46,808 bases of DNA from an uncultured Methyloceanibacter sp. (GTDB taxonomy: Bacteria > Pseudomonadota > Alphaproteobacteria > Rhizobiales > Methyloligellaceae): NCBI GenBank assembly GCA_964458245.1, contig CAYWIA010000001.1, forward strand, positions 33,540-80,347, given 5' to 3'. This document shows, in pieces, positions 38,235-46,808 of the stretch. The translations under genes and the position numbers were made by a program. How positions within the stretch are numbered: position 1 is the stretch's first letter; every line of letters starts with the position of its first letter. Below the pieces are notes generated by a model that did not search any database, was not told the origin of the DNA, and saw only the letters and a list, made by a program, of their open reading frames with translations.

Positions 38235-38254
38235 TGTTCAGTCTTGACTGAACA
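38235..38254. promoter_or_regulatory. Palindromic operator, probably for the adjacent GbsR/MarR regulator
   Basis: Perfect TGTTCAGTC-TT-GACTGAACA, 25 bp before the regulator ATG; extra half-site ACTGAACA at 38292. Confidence 0.7.
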
Positions 38255-38279
38255 AACAGGATGGACCATATCTTCAACC

Positions 38280-38786
38280 ATGGAACATGACACTGAACAG
38301 GCGATCTCCGAATTCGTCGAGCGCATGGGTCTGATCACCCAGGCTGACGGTCTGCCCCGCATTGCTGGCCGCATTATGGGCTTGATGATCGTGCATGGGG
38401 GGCCGTTCGGTTTCACCGAAATGGCCGAACGCTTGAGCGTAAGCCGGGCCAGCATCAGCACGAATACGCGGCTGCTGGAAGACTTGGGCGTTCTCGAGCG
38501 CATAGCCGTACCCGGCGACCGGCAGGACTATTTCAGGCTGAGCCGCCAGCCTTATGCGCGGATGTTGAGGGGATTCGTCGAGCGGATGCACCGTGCGCGC
38601 GAGGTGGTAGGCGGCGCGCAAGAGGCGCTTCCGGATGATCTGGTTGGTGCGCAAGAGCGGCTCGCGGAACTCGATGCTTTCTACGAGGCGCTAATCGAAA
38701 GTTTCGTGACTGTCATCGAAGAGTGGGACAAGAAGCGGGTGAGCTTGGCTCCCCAAAGACGGGAAGGCGCGACGCAACCTGCTTGA
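38280..38786 (+). CDS. GbsR/MarR-family transcriptional regulator
   Basis: GLPRIAGRI, LSVSRASISTNTRLL, PGDRQDYF. Confidence 0.88.
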   Translation: MEHDTEQAISEFVERMGLITQADGLPRIAGRIMGLMIVHGGPFGFTEMAERLSVSRASISTNTRLLEDLGVLERIAVPGDRQDYFRLSRQPYARMLRGFVERMHRAREVVGGAQEALPDDLVGAQERLAELDAFYEALIESFVTVIEEWDKKRVSLAPQRREGATQPA

Positions 38787-38811
38787 ACGCGACGCCGTAG
38801 GAGTTTGGTCT

Positions 38812-39957
38812 GTGAACAAGTCATATGTCATCGCTGCGCTTTTGACCCTCGGCATCGCCGCATGGGTACTCGGCGGCTATGCCATGAAGTCGGCGGGCAA
38901 AGAGACCCCCGATGAGCCGGCTGTCGCCAAGACCGTCGCGCCGGTCACCGTCTCGGTGCGCACCCAAGAGGCCAAGCCGGTCGAGCAGTTCATCGTGGCC
39001 CAGGGGCAGGCGGAGCCGAATCGGACGGTGACGATCCGTGCCGAGACCAAAGGCCAGATCGCCGAAATACTTGCGGACGAGGGCGCCAGCGTCGCTGCCG
39101 GCGACGTCATCGTCAGGCTTGAAGCCGATGATCGCAAGGCAATGCTTCTGCGCGCCGAGGCGCGCGTCCGCGAGCAGCAGAGCGCGTTCGAAGCCTCGGA
39201 GTCTCTCGGCAAGAAGGGCTATCAGACCCAACGGCAGGCAGATCAGATCTTTTCCTCGCTACAGACCGCCAAGGCTGAGCTGGAGGAGGCGCGCATCGAG
39301 CTCGAGCGTATCGACATCAAGGCGCCGTTCGAGGGTGTCGTGCTGTCGAGCCCCATGGAGCTCGGCGCCTATGTCGATGTGAACGGCGAGGTGGCGACCA
39401 TTGTGGACAACGATCCCTTGGTGGTCAGCGTCAGGATTCCCCAGCAGGACGTCTCCGCCCTGAAGCTCGGCCAGCCCGCGAACGTGACTTTCGCCACGGG
39501 TCAGCAGCGCGACGGCAAGATCCGCTACATCGCGGCGCGAGCCGACGAGGACACGCGCACGTTCCGCGTCGAGGTCGAGCTGCCCAATCCGAACGGCGAG
39601 ATTCCTTCGGGCATCAGCGCCGAGGCCAAGGTGCCGACCGGAGCCGTCATGGCGCATTTCGTTTCGCCGGCGGCCCTGTCGCTCAACGACGAAGGCAAGC
39701 TCGGCATCAAGACGGTCGACGAGCACAACAAGGTCACCTTTCATACGGCATCCATCGTGCTGTCGGATGTGGACGGCGCCTGGATCACGGGGCTGCCGCC
39801 CCAGGCGCGCATCATCACCCTCGGCCATGGCTTCGTTCAGATCGGCGAAGAGGTCGAGGTCGCCGAGGAGCAGGGCCTAGCCGACCCCGACGGGTCGCGG
39901 GAAGCGGCTGCTCTTCTTCCCACGGGAAGCGTCAAAGAGCCGACGTCCAGACGATGA
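38812..39957 (+). CDS. RND efflux periplasmic adaptor (MFP)
   Basis: N-terminal membrane anchor, lipoyl-like and coiled-coil segments, IKAPFEG, TRTFRVE. Confidence 0.92.
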   Translation: MNKSYVIAALLTLGIAAWVLGGYAMKSAGKETPDEPAVAKTVAPVTVSVRTQEAKPVEQFIVAQGQAEPNRTVTIRAETKGQIAEILADEGASVAAGDVIVRLEADDRKAMLLRAEARVREQQSAFEASESLGKKGYQTQRQADQIFSSLQTAKAELEEARIELERIDIKAPFEGVVLSSPMELGAYVDVNGEVATIVDNDPLVVSVRIPQQDVSALKLGQPANVTFATGQQRDGKIRYIAARADEDTRTFRVEVELPNPNGEIPSGISAEAKVPTGAVMAHFVSPAALSLNDEGKLGIKTVDEHNKVTFHTASIVLSDVDGAWITGLPPQARIITLGHGFVQIGEEVEVAEEQGLADPDGSREAAALLPTGSVKEPTSRR

Positions 39958-42900
39958 ATGCCCTGATCGACGCTGCCTTTACGCGCACCCGCACGGTGGC
40001 GCTGGCTTTCGTCATGATCATCGTGATGGGGACGGTCGCCTATATCTCGATCCCCAAGGAGTCCGAGCCGGACATTCCGATCCCCGTCATCTACGTCGCG
40101 ATGACCTATGAGGGCATTTCGCCCGAAGATTCCGAGCGACTTCTCGTCCGTCCGATGGAGAAGGAGCTTCAGTCCATCGAAGGCATCAAGGAGATGCGCG
40201 CCGTCAGCGCGGAAGGCTACGGCTCGGTCACGCTCGAATTCGATGCGGGCTTCGACCCCAATCAGGCGCTCCAGGACGTGCGCGAGAAAGTCGACATCGC
40301 CAAGGCCGAGCTGCCGCCGGAGACCGACGAGCCGCGTGTCCACGAGGTGAACGTGGCGCTGTTCCCGGTGCTGACCGTCGGCCTGTCCGGCAATGTGCCG
40401 GAGCGCACCTTGGTCAATATCGCTCGCGACCTGCAAGACACGATCGAAGGCCTCAGTGGCGTGCTTGAGGTCGATATCGGCGGCGACAGAGAGGAGCTGC
40501 TTGAGATCATCGTCGATCCGATGGTGCTCGAGACCTACAACGTGTCGTTTGCCGATGTTCTGAGTACGATACAGCGCAATAATCGGCTGGTGGCCGCGGG
40601 CGCGCTGGAAACCGCGGCGGGGCGCATGGTGCTGAAGGTGCCGGGCGTCATCGAGGAGGTCACCGATGTGCTCAACCTCCCCGTCAAGGTTTCGGGCAAC
40701 ACCGTGGTCAAGTTCAGCGACGTCGCGTCCGTGCGCCGGACCTACAAGGATCCGCAAGGGTTCGCGCGGGTCGGCGGCAAGCCCGCGCTGGCTCTCGAGG
40801 TCAAGAAGCGCGTCGGCTCGAACATTATCGAGACCATCGAAAGTGTCCGCGAGGTCGTAACGGCGGAGCAGGCAAGCTGGCCTGCCGGCGTCAAGGTGAC
40901 CTTCATGCAGGACAAGTCCGAGAATATCCGCGACATGCTCGGCGACCTCCAGAACAACGTAATTGCGGCAATCGTTCTGGTGATGATCGTCATCGTCGCG
41001 GCCATGGGCGTGCGGCCGGCCATACTCGTCGGTCTCGCTATCCCCGGATCCTTCCTCGCCGGCATCCTGGTCATCTACGGGATGGGCCTCACGCTGAACA
41101 TCGTCGTCCTGTTCAGCCTCATCCTCGTGGTCGGCATGCTGGTGGACGGCGCCATCGTCACCGTGGAGCTGGCCGACCGCAAAATGGCCGAAGGCAAGGA
41201 CCGCAAGGTCGCTTATGCCGAGGCGGCAAAGCGCATGGCCTGGCCCGTCATCGCCTCCACGGCCACGACACTTGTCGTTTTTCTGCCGCTGCTGTTCTGG
41301 CCGGGCGTCGTCGGCGAGTTCATGAAGTTTCTGCCGATCACGGTTCTCGTGACGCTGGCAGCGTCGCTGGCCATGGCGCTGGTATTCATTCCGGTGCTCG
41401 GCGGCATCATTGGCCGCGCCAACAAGGATGACGGCAAGTTGCTGGCGGCGATCAAAGCTGCCGAGGATGGCGATCTCGACTCGATAAAGGGCCCGGCGGG
41501 GTTTTATCTCGGCACGCTGAAGCGCCTGCTCGCGCATCCGGCGAAAATCCTTGCTGTCGCCGTGGTGTTTCTGATCGGGACTTACGTGGCGTTCGGCATG
41601 TTCGGCCGTGGCGTTGAGTTCTTTCCGGACGTCGAGCCCGACCTGGCGCAAGTCCAGGTGCGGGCCCGTGGCGATCTATCGGTCCTGGAGATGGACGCCG
41701 TGGTGCGCAAGGTCGAGAGCAGAATCTTGGCGCTGCCCTATTTCGAGGCGGTGTATGCGCGGACAATGGGATCCGGGGCCAAGCCGTCGCAGACGGAAGC
41801 GCCCGAGGACGTGATCGGCATCATTCAGTTCGAGTTCGTCAACTGGCGCACAAGACCGCCCGCATCGCAAATCCTGCAAGAGATCCGCGAGCTGACCGCC
41901 GACATTCCCGGCGTGATCCTGGAAGTGCGCAAGCAGGAGGGCGGACCGTCAGCCGGGAAGCCGGTCGAGTTGCAGGTGAGTTCCCGCACTCCGGAGAAAA
42001 TGCCGGAGACCGTCGAGCAATTGAGGCAGATGATGCAGCAGATCGGCGGCTTCGTTGATGCGCAGGATAGCCGGCCGCTACCCGGCATCGAATGGCGGCT
42101 CAAAGTCGACCGGGAAAGGGCGGCGCGTAACGGCGCCGATGTCGCCGTGCTCGGCGATGCGGTCACCATGTTGACCAACGGCATCAAGGTCGCGGAATAC
42201 CGGCCCGACGATGCCGATGAGGAGGTCGACATCCGCCTGCGCTTCCCGCTTGCCGAACGCAATCTGGAGCAGCTCAACCGGCTGCGCGTGCCGACCGCAA
42301 AGGGGCAGGTTCCTATCGGTAATTTCGTCAGCTTCGAGCCAGCGCCGAAGACCGGCAACCTGAACCGAACTGATGGCCGTCGTGTCATCACAGTCCAGGC
42401 CGATGTGGCCGAAGGTCTGTTGGTCGACGATCAGGTGCGCAAGCTGAAGGCAGCGGTGGCAGAGGCCGATTTCGACCCGGCGGTGACCGTGCGCTTCAAG
42501 GGTCAGGACGAGGATCAGCGCGAGGCGGGCAATTTCCTTCTCAATGCCTTCGTCATCGCGATTTTTGCCATGACCGTAATCCTGCTGACCCAGTTCAACA
42601 GTTTCTATCAGACCGGACTTGTGCTGAGCGCGATCATCTTTTCGACCGCTGGCGTCATGTTGGGCCTGCTGGTCACCGGCCAGCCTTTCGGCATCGTAAT
42701 GGGCGGTATCGGCGTCATCGCGCTGGCTGGCATCGTCGTGAACAACAACATCATTCTGATCGACACATATAATGACATGAAGGCGCAAGGGTTGCCGCCC
42801 AAGGAGGCCATCCTGCGCACCGCCGCCCAGCGTATGCGCCCGGTGCTGCTGACCTCCATCACCACCGTTCTCGGTCTCATGCCGATGGTGTTCAGCCTCA

Positions 42901-43130
42901 GCATCGACATTATCGGTCAGGATGTCTCGATCGGCGCACCGTCCACGCAATGGTGGACGCAGCTTTCCAGCGCCATCGCCGGCGGGCTGACATTCGCCAC
43001 CGTGCTGACGCTCGTGCTTACGCCCTGCCTCCTCATGATGGGGGAGAATGCGTCGGCATGGTTGCAGCGGCGCCGGCAACGTTGGACGGAGCGATCCGGC
43101 CATGGCGCCCGACCGCAGGCGGCCGAGTGA
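39954..43130 (+). CDS. RND efflux permease (AcrB family)
   Basis: 1058 aa, GMLVDGAIV, GIVVNNNI, RMRPVLLT. ATGA overlap with the MFP gene. Confidence 0.95.
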   Translation: MNALIDAAFTRTRTVALAFVMIIVMGTVAYISIPKESEPDIPIPVIYVAMTYEGISPEDSERLLVRPMEKELQSIEGIKEMRAVSAEGYGSVTLEFDAGFDPNQALQDVREKVDIAKAELPPETDEPRVHEVNVALFPVLTVGLSGNVPERTLVNIARDLQDTIEGLSGVLEVDIGGDREELLEIIVDPMVLETYNVSFADVLSTIQRNNRLVAAGALETAAGRMVLKVPGVIEEVTDVLNLPVKVSGNTVVKFSDVASVRRTYKDPQGFARVGGKPALALEVKKRVGSNIIETIESVREVVTAEQASWPAGVKVTFMQDKSENIRDMLGDLQNNVIAAIVLVMIVIVAAMGVRPAILVGLAIPGSFLAGILVIYGMGLTLNIVVLFSLILVVGMLVDGAIVTVELADRKMAEGKDRKVAYAEAAKRMAWPVIASTATTLVVFLPLLFWPGVVGEFMKFLPITVLVTLAASLAMALVFIPVLGGIIGRANKDDGKLLAAIKAAEDGDLDSIKGPAGFYLGTLKRLLAHPAKILAVAVVFLIGTYVAFGMFGRGVEFFPDVEPDLAQVQVRARGDLSVLEMDAVVRKVESRILALPYFEAVYARTMGSGAKPSQTEAPEDVIGIIQFEFVNWRTRPPASQILQEIRELTADIPGVILEVRKQEGGPSAGKPVELQVSSRTPEKMPETVEQLRQMMQQIGGFVDAQDSRPLPGIEWRLKVDRERAARNGADVAVLGDAVTMLTNGIKVAEYRPDDADEEVDIRLRFPLAERNLEQLNRLRVPTAKGQVPIGNFVSFEPAPKTGNLNRTDGRRVITVQADVAEGLLVDDQVRKLKAAVAEADFDPAVTVRFKGQDEDQREAGNFLLNAFVIAIFAMTVILLTQFNSFYQTGLVLSAIIFSTAGVMLGLLVTGQPFGIVMGGIGVIALAGIVVNNNIILIDTYNDMKAQGLPPKEAILRTAAQRMRPVLLTSITTVLGLMPMVFSLSIDIIGQDVSIGAPSTQWWTQLSSAIAGGLTFATVLTLVLTPCLLMMGENASAWLQRRRQRWTERSGHGARPQAAE

Positions 43131-43143
43131 TCGGTAGCACGTC

Positions 43144-44667
43144 TTAAGACCGACCAGTCTTTTCGTAAGTCTCGCGAAGGCGCTGCCGCAGCAACTTGCC
43201 GTTCGCGCTTTTAGGCAAGGCTTCGACGCGGGCATAAACGCGCGGACATTTGTAGCGGGCGAGGCGGCCGGCGACGAAATCTTCCAGCAGGTGCGTATCG
43301 ATCCGGTCTTCCGAGACATAAAACGCGGCGATGACCGTGGTGTCGGCCTTGACCGTCACTTCCGCGGCGGCGCTTTCCAGGATCGCGGGATGGGCGTTCA
43401 GCGCAGCCTCGACCTCGATGGGCGAGACCCGCACGCCGCCCGCGTTCATCATGTCGTCGCTTCGGCCGAGATAGGTGAGCGCGCCGTCTTGGTCCATGCG
43501 CACGTGATCGCCGGTCAGGAACCATTCGCCCTGAAAGCGCTGGGCCGTTTCCTCTTCGGCGGCCCAATAGCCCAGCATCAGCCCTGGGTCGCGCTTCGAG
43601 ACGCCGAGAATCCCTGACACGTCGAAATCGACAGGCCCATCGTCGCCGAGCACCGCCACGCGGCGGCCATCTTGCGGATAGCCCAACGTGCCGGGCGGGG
43701 CGGGACGGTTGGGCGAACCGGACACGAAGGTCGAGCACTCCGACATGCCGAACGCCTCGTAGACCGGCGTGCCGGTGGCGGCCTCCCAGGCCGCGCGCGT
43801 GCCCTCCGGCAGTTTCTCGCCGGCGGACAGTCCGTGGCGCAGCGTTGTTAACGGCGGCAGCTTCGTTCTGAGGACTCGGCGGTAGATGCCAGGCGCCGCG
43901 GCGAAGATGCTCGCCTCGTGCTGCTGCATTAGGAGACCGAGGTGGTCCGGGGTCACCCCCTTGCCCGGGATCAGCGCCGTCGCGCCGCGCGTCCAAGGGT
44001 CAAGCAGCCCCGTCCCGAGCGTATAGGTCCAGTTGAACGCCCCGGCATGCAGCAGCCGGTCGCTCTCGGTGAGCCCGTACCAGCCTTCCCACATCATGCG
44101 GCGGGCCCAGATCGCGCGATGGGCATGGGTTACCGCACGCGGCTGCCCGGAGGTCCCCGACGTGTAGACGATGTAGCCGACGCGCTCCGGGTCGCCCATC
44201 GCGTAAGGCGCAGGTGGAAGTGCATACATGGTGCGCAAGGCGTTCGCATTTAGGACCGGGCAGGGCAGGTTTTGAGGAAGCGCAATATCGTCCTCCGCCA
44301 CGATCAGGCTCGGTGCGATATCTTGGGCGATCTGGGCGACCTCGGGTGCGGTTAAGAGCGATGAGCTCGGCACCGGGACGATGTCGGCGGCGAGCGCGGC
44401 GAGATAGCAGATCGGGAATTCGACGCTGTTGCCGAGCCGCATGAGCAGGCGGTCGCCGGGTTGCAAGCCCGCGTCGAGCAGGCCGCGCGCGGTTCCCAAG
44501 ACGGCCGCTTCTAGTCTCCCATAGCTCCACTGCTCGGCACCGTCGGGAGCGATGACGCTGAGCGCGATCTTGTCGCCATGCGTTGAGGCATGTCCGAGCA
44601 CGTAGGCCGCCAGATTGAAGGGCGCCGGGCAGGGCGGCGGCGGGCCGTGGTCGAAGATCGCGTGCAT
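43144..44667 (-). CDS. Class I adenylate-forming enzyme (acyl/aryl-CoA ligase-like)
   Basis: YTSGTSGQPR, SAGE, FGMSE, TGD, GRSDD, LPKSANGK. Confidence 0.9.
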   Translation of the reverse strand: MHAIFDHGPPPPCPAPFNLAAYVLGHASTHGDKIALSVIAPDGAEQWSYGRLEAAVLGTARGLLDAGLQPGDRLLMRLGNSVEFPICYLAALAADIVPVPSSSLLTAPEVAQIAQDIAPSLIVAEDDIALPQNLPCPVLNANALRTMYALPPAPYAMGDPERVGYIVYTSGTSGQPRAVTHAHRAIWARRMMWEGWYGLTESDRLLHAGAFNWTYTLGTGLLDPWTRGATALIPGKGVTPDHLGLLMQQHEASIFAAAPGIYRRVLRTKLPPLTTLRHGLSAGEKLPEGTRAAWEAATGTPVYEAFGMSECSTFVSGSPNRPAPPGTLGYPQDGRRVAVLGDDGPVDFDVSGILGVSKRDPGLMLGYWAAEEETAQRFQGEWFLTGDHVRMDQDGALTYLGRSDDMMNAGGVRVSPIEVEAALNAHPAILESAAAEVTVKADTTVIAAFYVSEDRIDTHLLEDFVAGRLARYKCPRVYARVEALPKSANGKLLRQRLRETYEKTGRS

Positions 44668-44676
44668 CGCCGTCTG

Positions 44677-46020
44677 CTAAATCTTCATCGTGTCGCGGAA
44701 ACGATACCAGGCGGCGACAATCGGGACGGCGCGCTTGGCGATGGAGTGAAACGGAAAAGCCGGGAAGGCGAGATCGTCGAAAGCCGTCCGCCCGTCCGGG
44801 TCGCCCACGATCTGCAAGGCGATCTTGTGCCCGAAATACGTGGCGCGCGAAACACCGGTGCCGCAATAGCCGACCGCGTAGTGCATGCCGTCCGCCATCC
44901 GCCCCAGATGAGGCAGCGCGTCGTGAGTATAGCCGATCTGTCCGTCCCAAGCGTGGGTTACGGCGATGTCGCCGACGTCCGGGAACACGGTAAGGAGATC
45001 GTTCGCCAAATGGCGGAACGCGCGGGCGCCGGTCGCTCCCGCCGCGCGGCCCCCCCAGACGATCCTGTTCTCGTCCGGCGCGACGCGGAAATAATAGAAC
45101 ACGCGATTGGTATTCCCGTAGACGCGGTTCTTGGGCATCAGCCTTGCGGTCAGGTCCGCCGGAAGCTCATCAGTCGCGATCAGTGCGGATCGGATGGTGA
45201 CGATGCGGCGCTTGAGCGTGTCGACGAGGTTCTCGGTATAGCCGTTGGTGGCGACCAGAACGTCCCGGCACTGGATTGGCCCTGCGTCCGTCTTGAGGCG
45301 GAAGCCGTCCGTATCGCGTGCAATGTGCCGAACGCCCGCCTGACCGATGATGGCGCCGCCGCGGGCCTCGACCCGTTGCATCAAGCCGGAATGATAGAGT
45401 GCCGGATGGAGCGAAGCGTCGTTCGGCAGGACCGAGCCCCCGAAAAAGACCTCCGAGCCGATTTCGCTTTGCTGCTCGGATCGCGGAACCATGAAGCTCT
45501 CCACGCCGGCGACACGCTTGAGGTCTTTCATGTCGGCCGCCATCGCTTCGTAGTGTTCCGGACGCATGGCGCCGCGGAAGCGCCCGCAACGGCGGAAGTG
45601 GCAGTCGATCTTCTCGGTCTCCACGAGATGCTCGATGTAGTCGAGCATGCGCGTGCCCTCGCGCAGAAGAGCGGCCGCCTTTTCTTCGCCCCGCAACGCA
45701 ATCAGGCGCTTGACGCTGAACTTCTGGTTGCCGCTGCCGATCTGGCCGCCGTTTCGCGTGCTGGCGCCGTAGCCCGGCACGCCGCGATCGAGAACCACGA
45801 CCTCGCGCCCTTTGTCGAGCAGCGTCAGCGCGGCGGAGAGGCCGGTAAATCCGGAGCCGATGATCGCCACGTCGGCCTTGGCCGGCAGCGCCGGACCCTG
45901 CGTTTCCAGGCGCGGTGCGGCATCCCACCAATACGGCGCATAGGTCACCGACGACTCGTTGCCAAGATGGCCGGCAGCGAGATCGCGAAGCGAGAGGGGC
46001 TCGGGCGGCGTGGCGGTCAT
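44677..46020 (-). CDS. FAD-dependent oxidoreductase, DadA/PuuB family
   Basis: IIGSGFTGLSAA, GASTRNGG, ATNGY, GYCGTGV. Confidence 0.9.
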   Translation of the reverse strand: MTATPPEPLSLRDLAAGHLGNESSVTYAPYWWDAAPRLETQGPALPAKADVAIIGSGFTGLSAALTLLDKGREVVVLDRGVPGYGASTRNGGQIGSGNQKFSVKRLIALRGEEKAAALLREGTRMLDYIEHLVETEKIDCHFRRCGRFRGAMRPEHYEAMAADMKDLKRVAGVESFMVPRSEQQSEIGSEVFFGGSVLPNDASLHPALYHSGLMQRVEARGGAIIGQAGVRHIARDTDGFRLKTDAGPIQCRDVLVATNGYTENLVDTLKRRIVTIRSALIATDELPADLTARLMPKNRVYGNTNRVFYYFRVAPDENRIVWGGRAAGATGARAFRHLANDLLTVFPDVGDIAVTHAWDGQIGYTHDALPHLGRMADGMHYAVGYCGTGVSRATYFGHKIALQIVGDPDGRTAFDDLAFPAFPFHSIAKRAVPIVAAWYRFRDTMKI

Positions 46021-46056
46021 GGGGCGGTCGAGCGCATTGCTTGGCTTGAATCTGGC

Positions 46057-46808
46057 CTAGCCGGCGGGCTCCAGGATCAGCGTCGCGAGCGGCGGCAAGG
46101 TCAGGTCGAGCGAATAGGGGCGGCCATGCCACGGATTTGAATCCGCCTCGACGGCGCCGCCATTGCCGACACCGGAGCCGCCATAGTCCGCCGAGTCCGT
46201 GTTGAGGCGCTCGGCCCAGCGCCCGCCTTGAGGCACACCGACCCGATAATGTTCGCGTGGGACCGGCGTGAAGTTGCACACGACCAGAACCGGCGGGTCG
46301 TCATCGTCTCCCCGCCGGAGAAACGAGATCACGCTCGCCTCGTTGTCGGATGCGTCGACCCATTCGAAGCCGCGGCTTTCGGTGTCGAATGCGTGCAGCG
46401 CGGGGATCTCCCGATAGAGCCGGTTGAGATCGCCGATCAGCGCTTTTACGCCGCGATGCAGGGCGTCGTCGAGCAAATGCCAGTCGAGACTATGGTCGTG
46501 GTTCCATTCGGCCTCTTGAGCGAACTCGCCGCCCATGAAAAGCAGCTTCTTGCCGGGATGGCCCCACATGAATCCGTAATAGGCACGCAAGTTCGCGAAT
46601 TTTTGCCAGCGGTCTCCCGGCATCTTGCCGATCAGCGAGCCTTTGCCGTGCACCACCTCGTCGTGCGACAGCGGCAGCACGAAGTTTTCCGAGAAGGCGT
46701 AGAGGAGGCCGAAAGTCAGCTTGTCGTGGTGATACCGGCGATGGATCGGATCCTCTTGCATGTAGCTCAGCGTGTCGTGCATCCAGCCCATGTTCCATTT
46801 GAAGCCGA
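46057..46808 (-). CDS. glgB: 1,4-alpha-glucan branching enzyme, 3' part (5' end outside the window)
   Basis: [39 protein letters not shown]. Confidence 0.95.
   Translation of the reverse strand, partial: GFKWNMGWMHDTLSYMQEDPIHRRYHHDKLTFGLLYAFSENFVLPLSHDEVVHGKGSLIGKMPGDRWQKFANLRAYYGFMWGHPGKKLLFMGGEFAQEAEWNHDHSLDWHLLDDALHRGVKALIGDLNRLYREIPALHAFDTESRGFEWVDASDNEASVISFLRRGDDDDPPVLVVCNFTPVPREHYRVGVPQGGRWAERLNTDSADYGGSGVGNGGAVEADSNPWHGRPYSLDLTLPPLATLILEPAG

Noticed and set aside
1-46808. CRISPR arrays, tRNA/rRNA, IS/integrase or prophage genes
   Set aside because: None recognised by eye or in the ORF translations.

Overview
A GC-rich alphaproteobacterial region (gene content fits a Hyphomicrobiales methylotroph such as Methyloceanibacter; this is an inference) dominated by one-carbon and methylated-amine metabolism. 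From left to right: (1) the 5' end of an N-formylglutamate amidohydrolase-family gene and a 39-aa lipoprotein, both missing from the ORF track; (2) gcvT-gcvH-gcvP-serA-serB behind a tandem glycine riboswitch; (3) a 65-aa protein ending in Gly-Gly; (4) an NAD-linked, probably tungsten-dependent formate dehydrogenase with mobA-mobB-moeA, divergent from tupBCA; (5) prfC; (6) a cytochrome b plus sulfite-oxidase-family pair; (7) an RND gene scar; (8) a split, convergent Liv-type ABC importer with an unknown accessory gene; (9) tmm-tdm (TMA -> TMAO -> DMA + C1); (10) a soluble NarX-like kinase, a NarL-like regulator and a PAS-PAS-degenerate GGDEF protein; (11) a hutF-like gene, a GATase and a Gfa-family gene; (12) a GbsR/MarR regulator with an RND pump; (13) an acyl-CoA ligase, an FAD oxidoreductase and the 3' end of glgB. 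The most notable signal is a set of NarL-type 7-2-7 boxes in front of the transporter halves, tmm-tdm and the PAS gene. These suggest a NarXL-derived system that has lost its nitrate-sensing domain and now regulates trimethylamine uptake and oxidation. All family assignments come from motif recognition; no searches were run.
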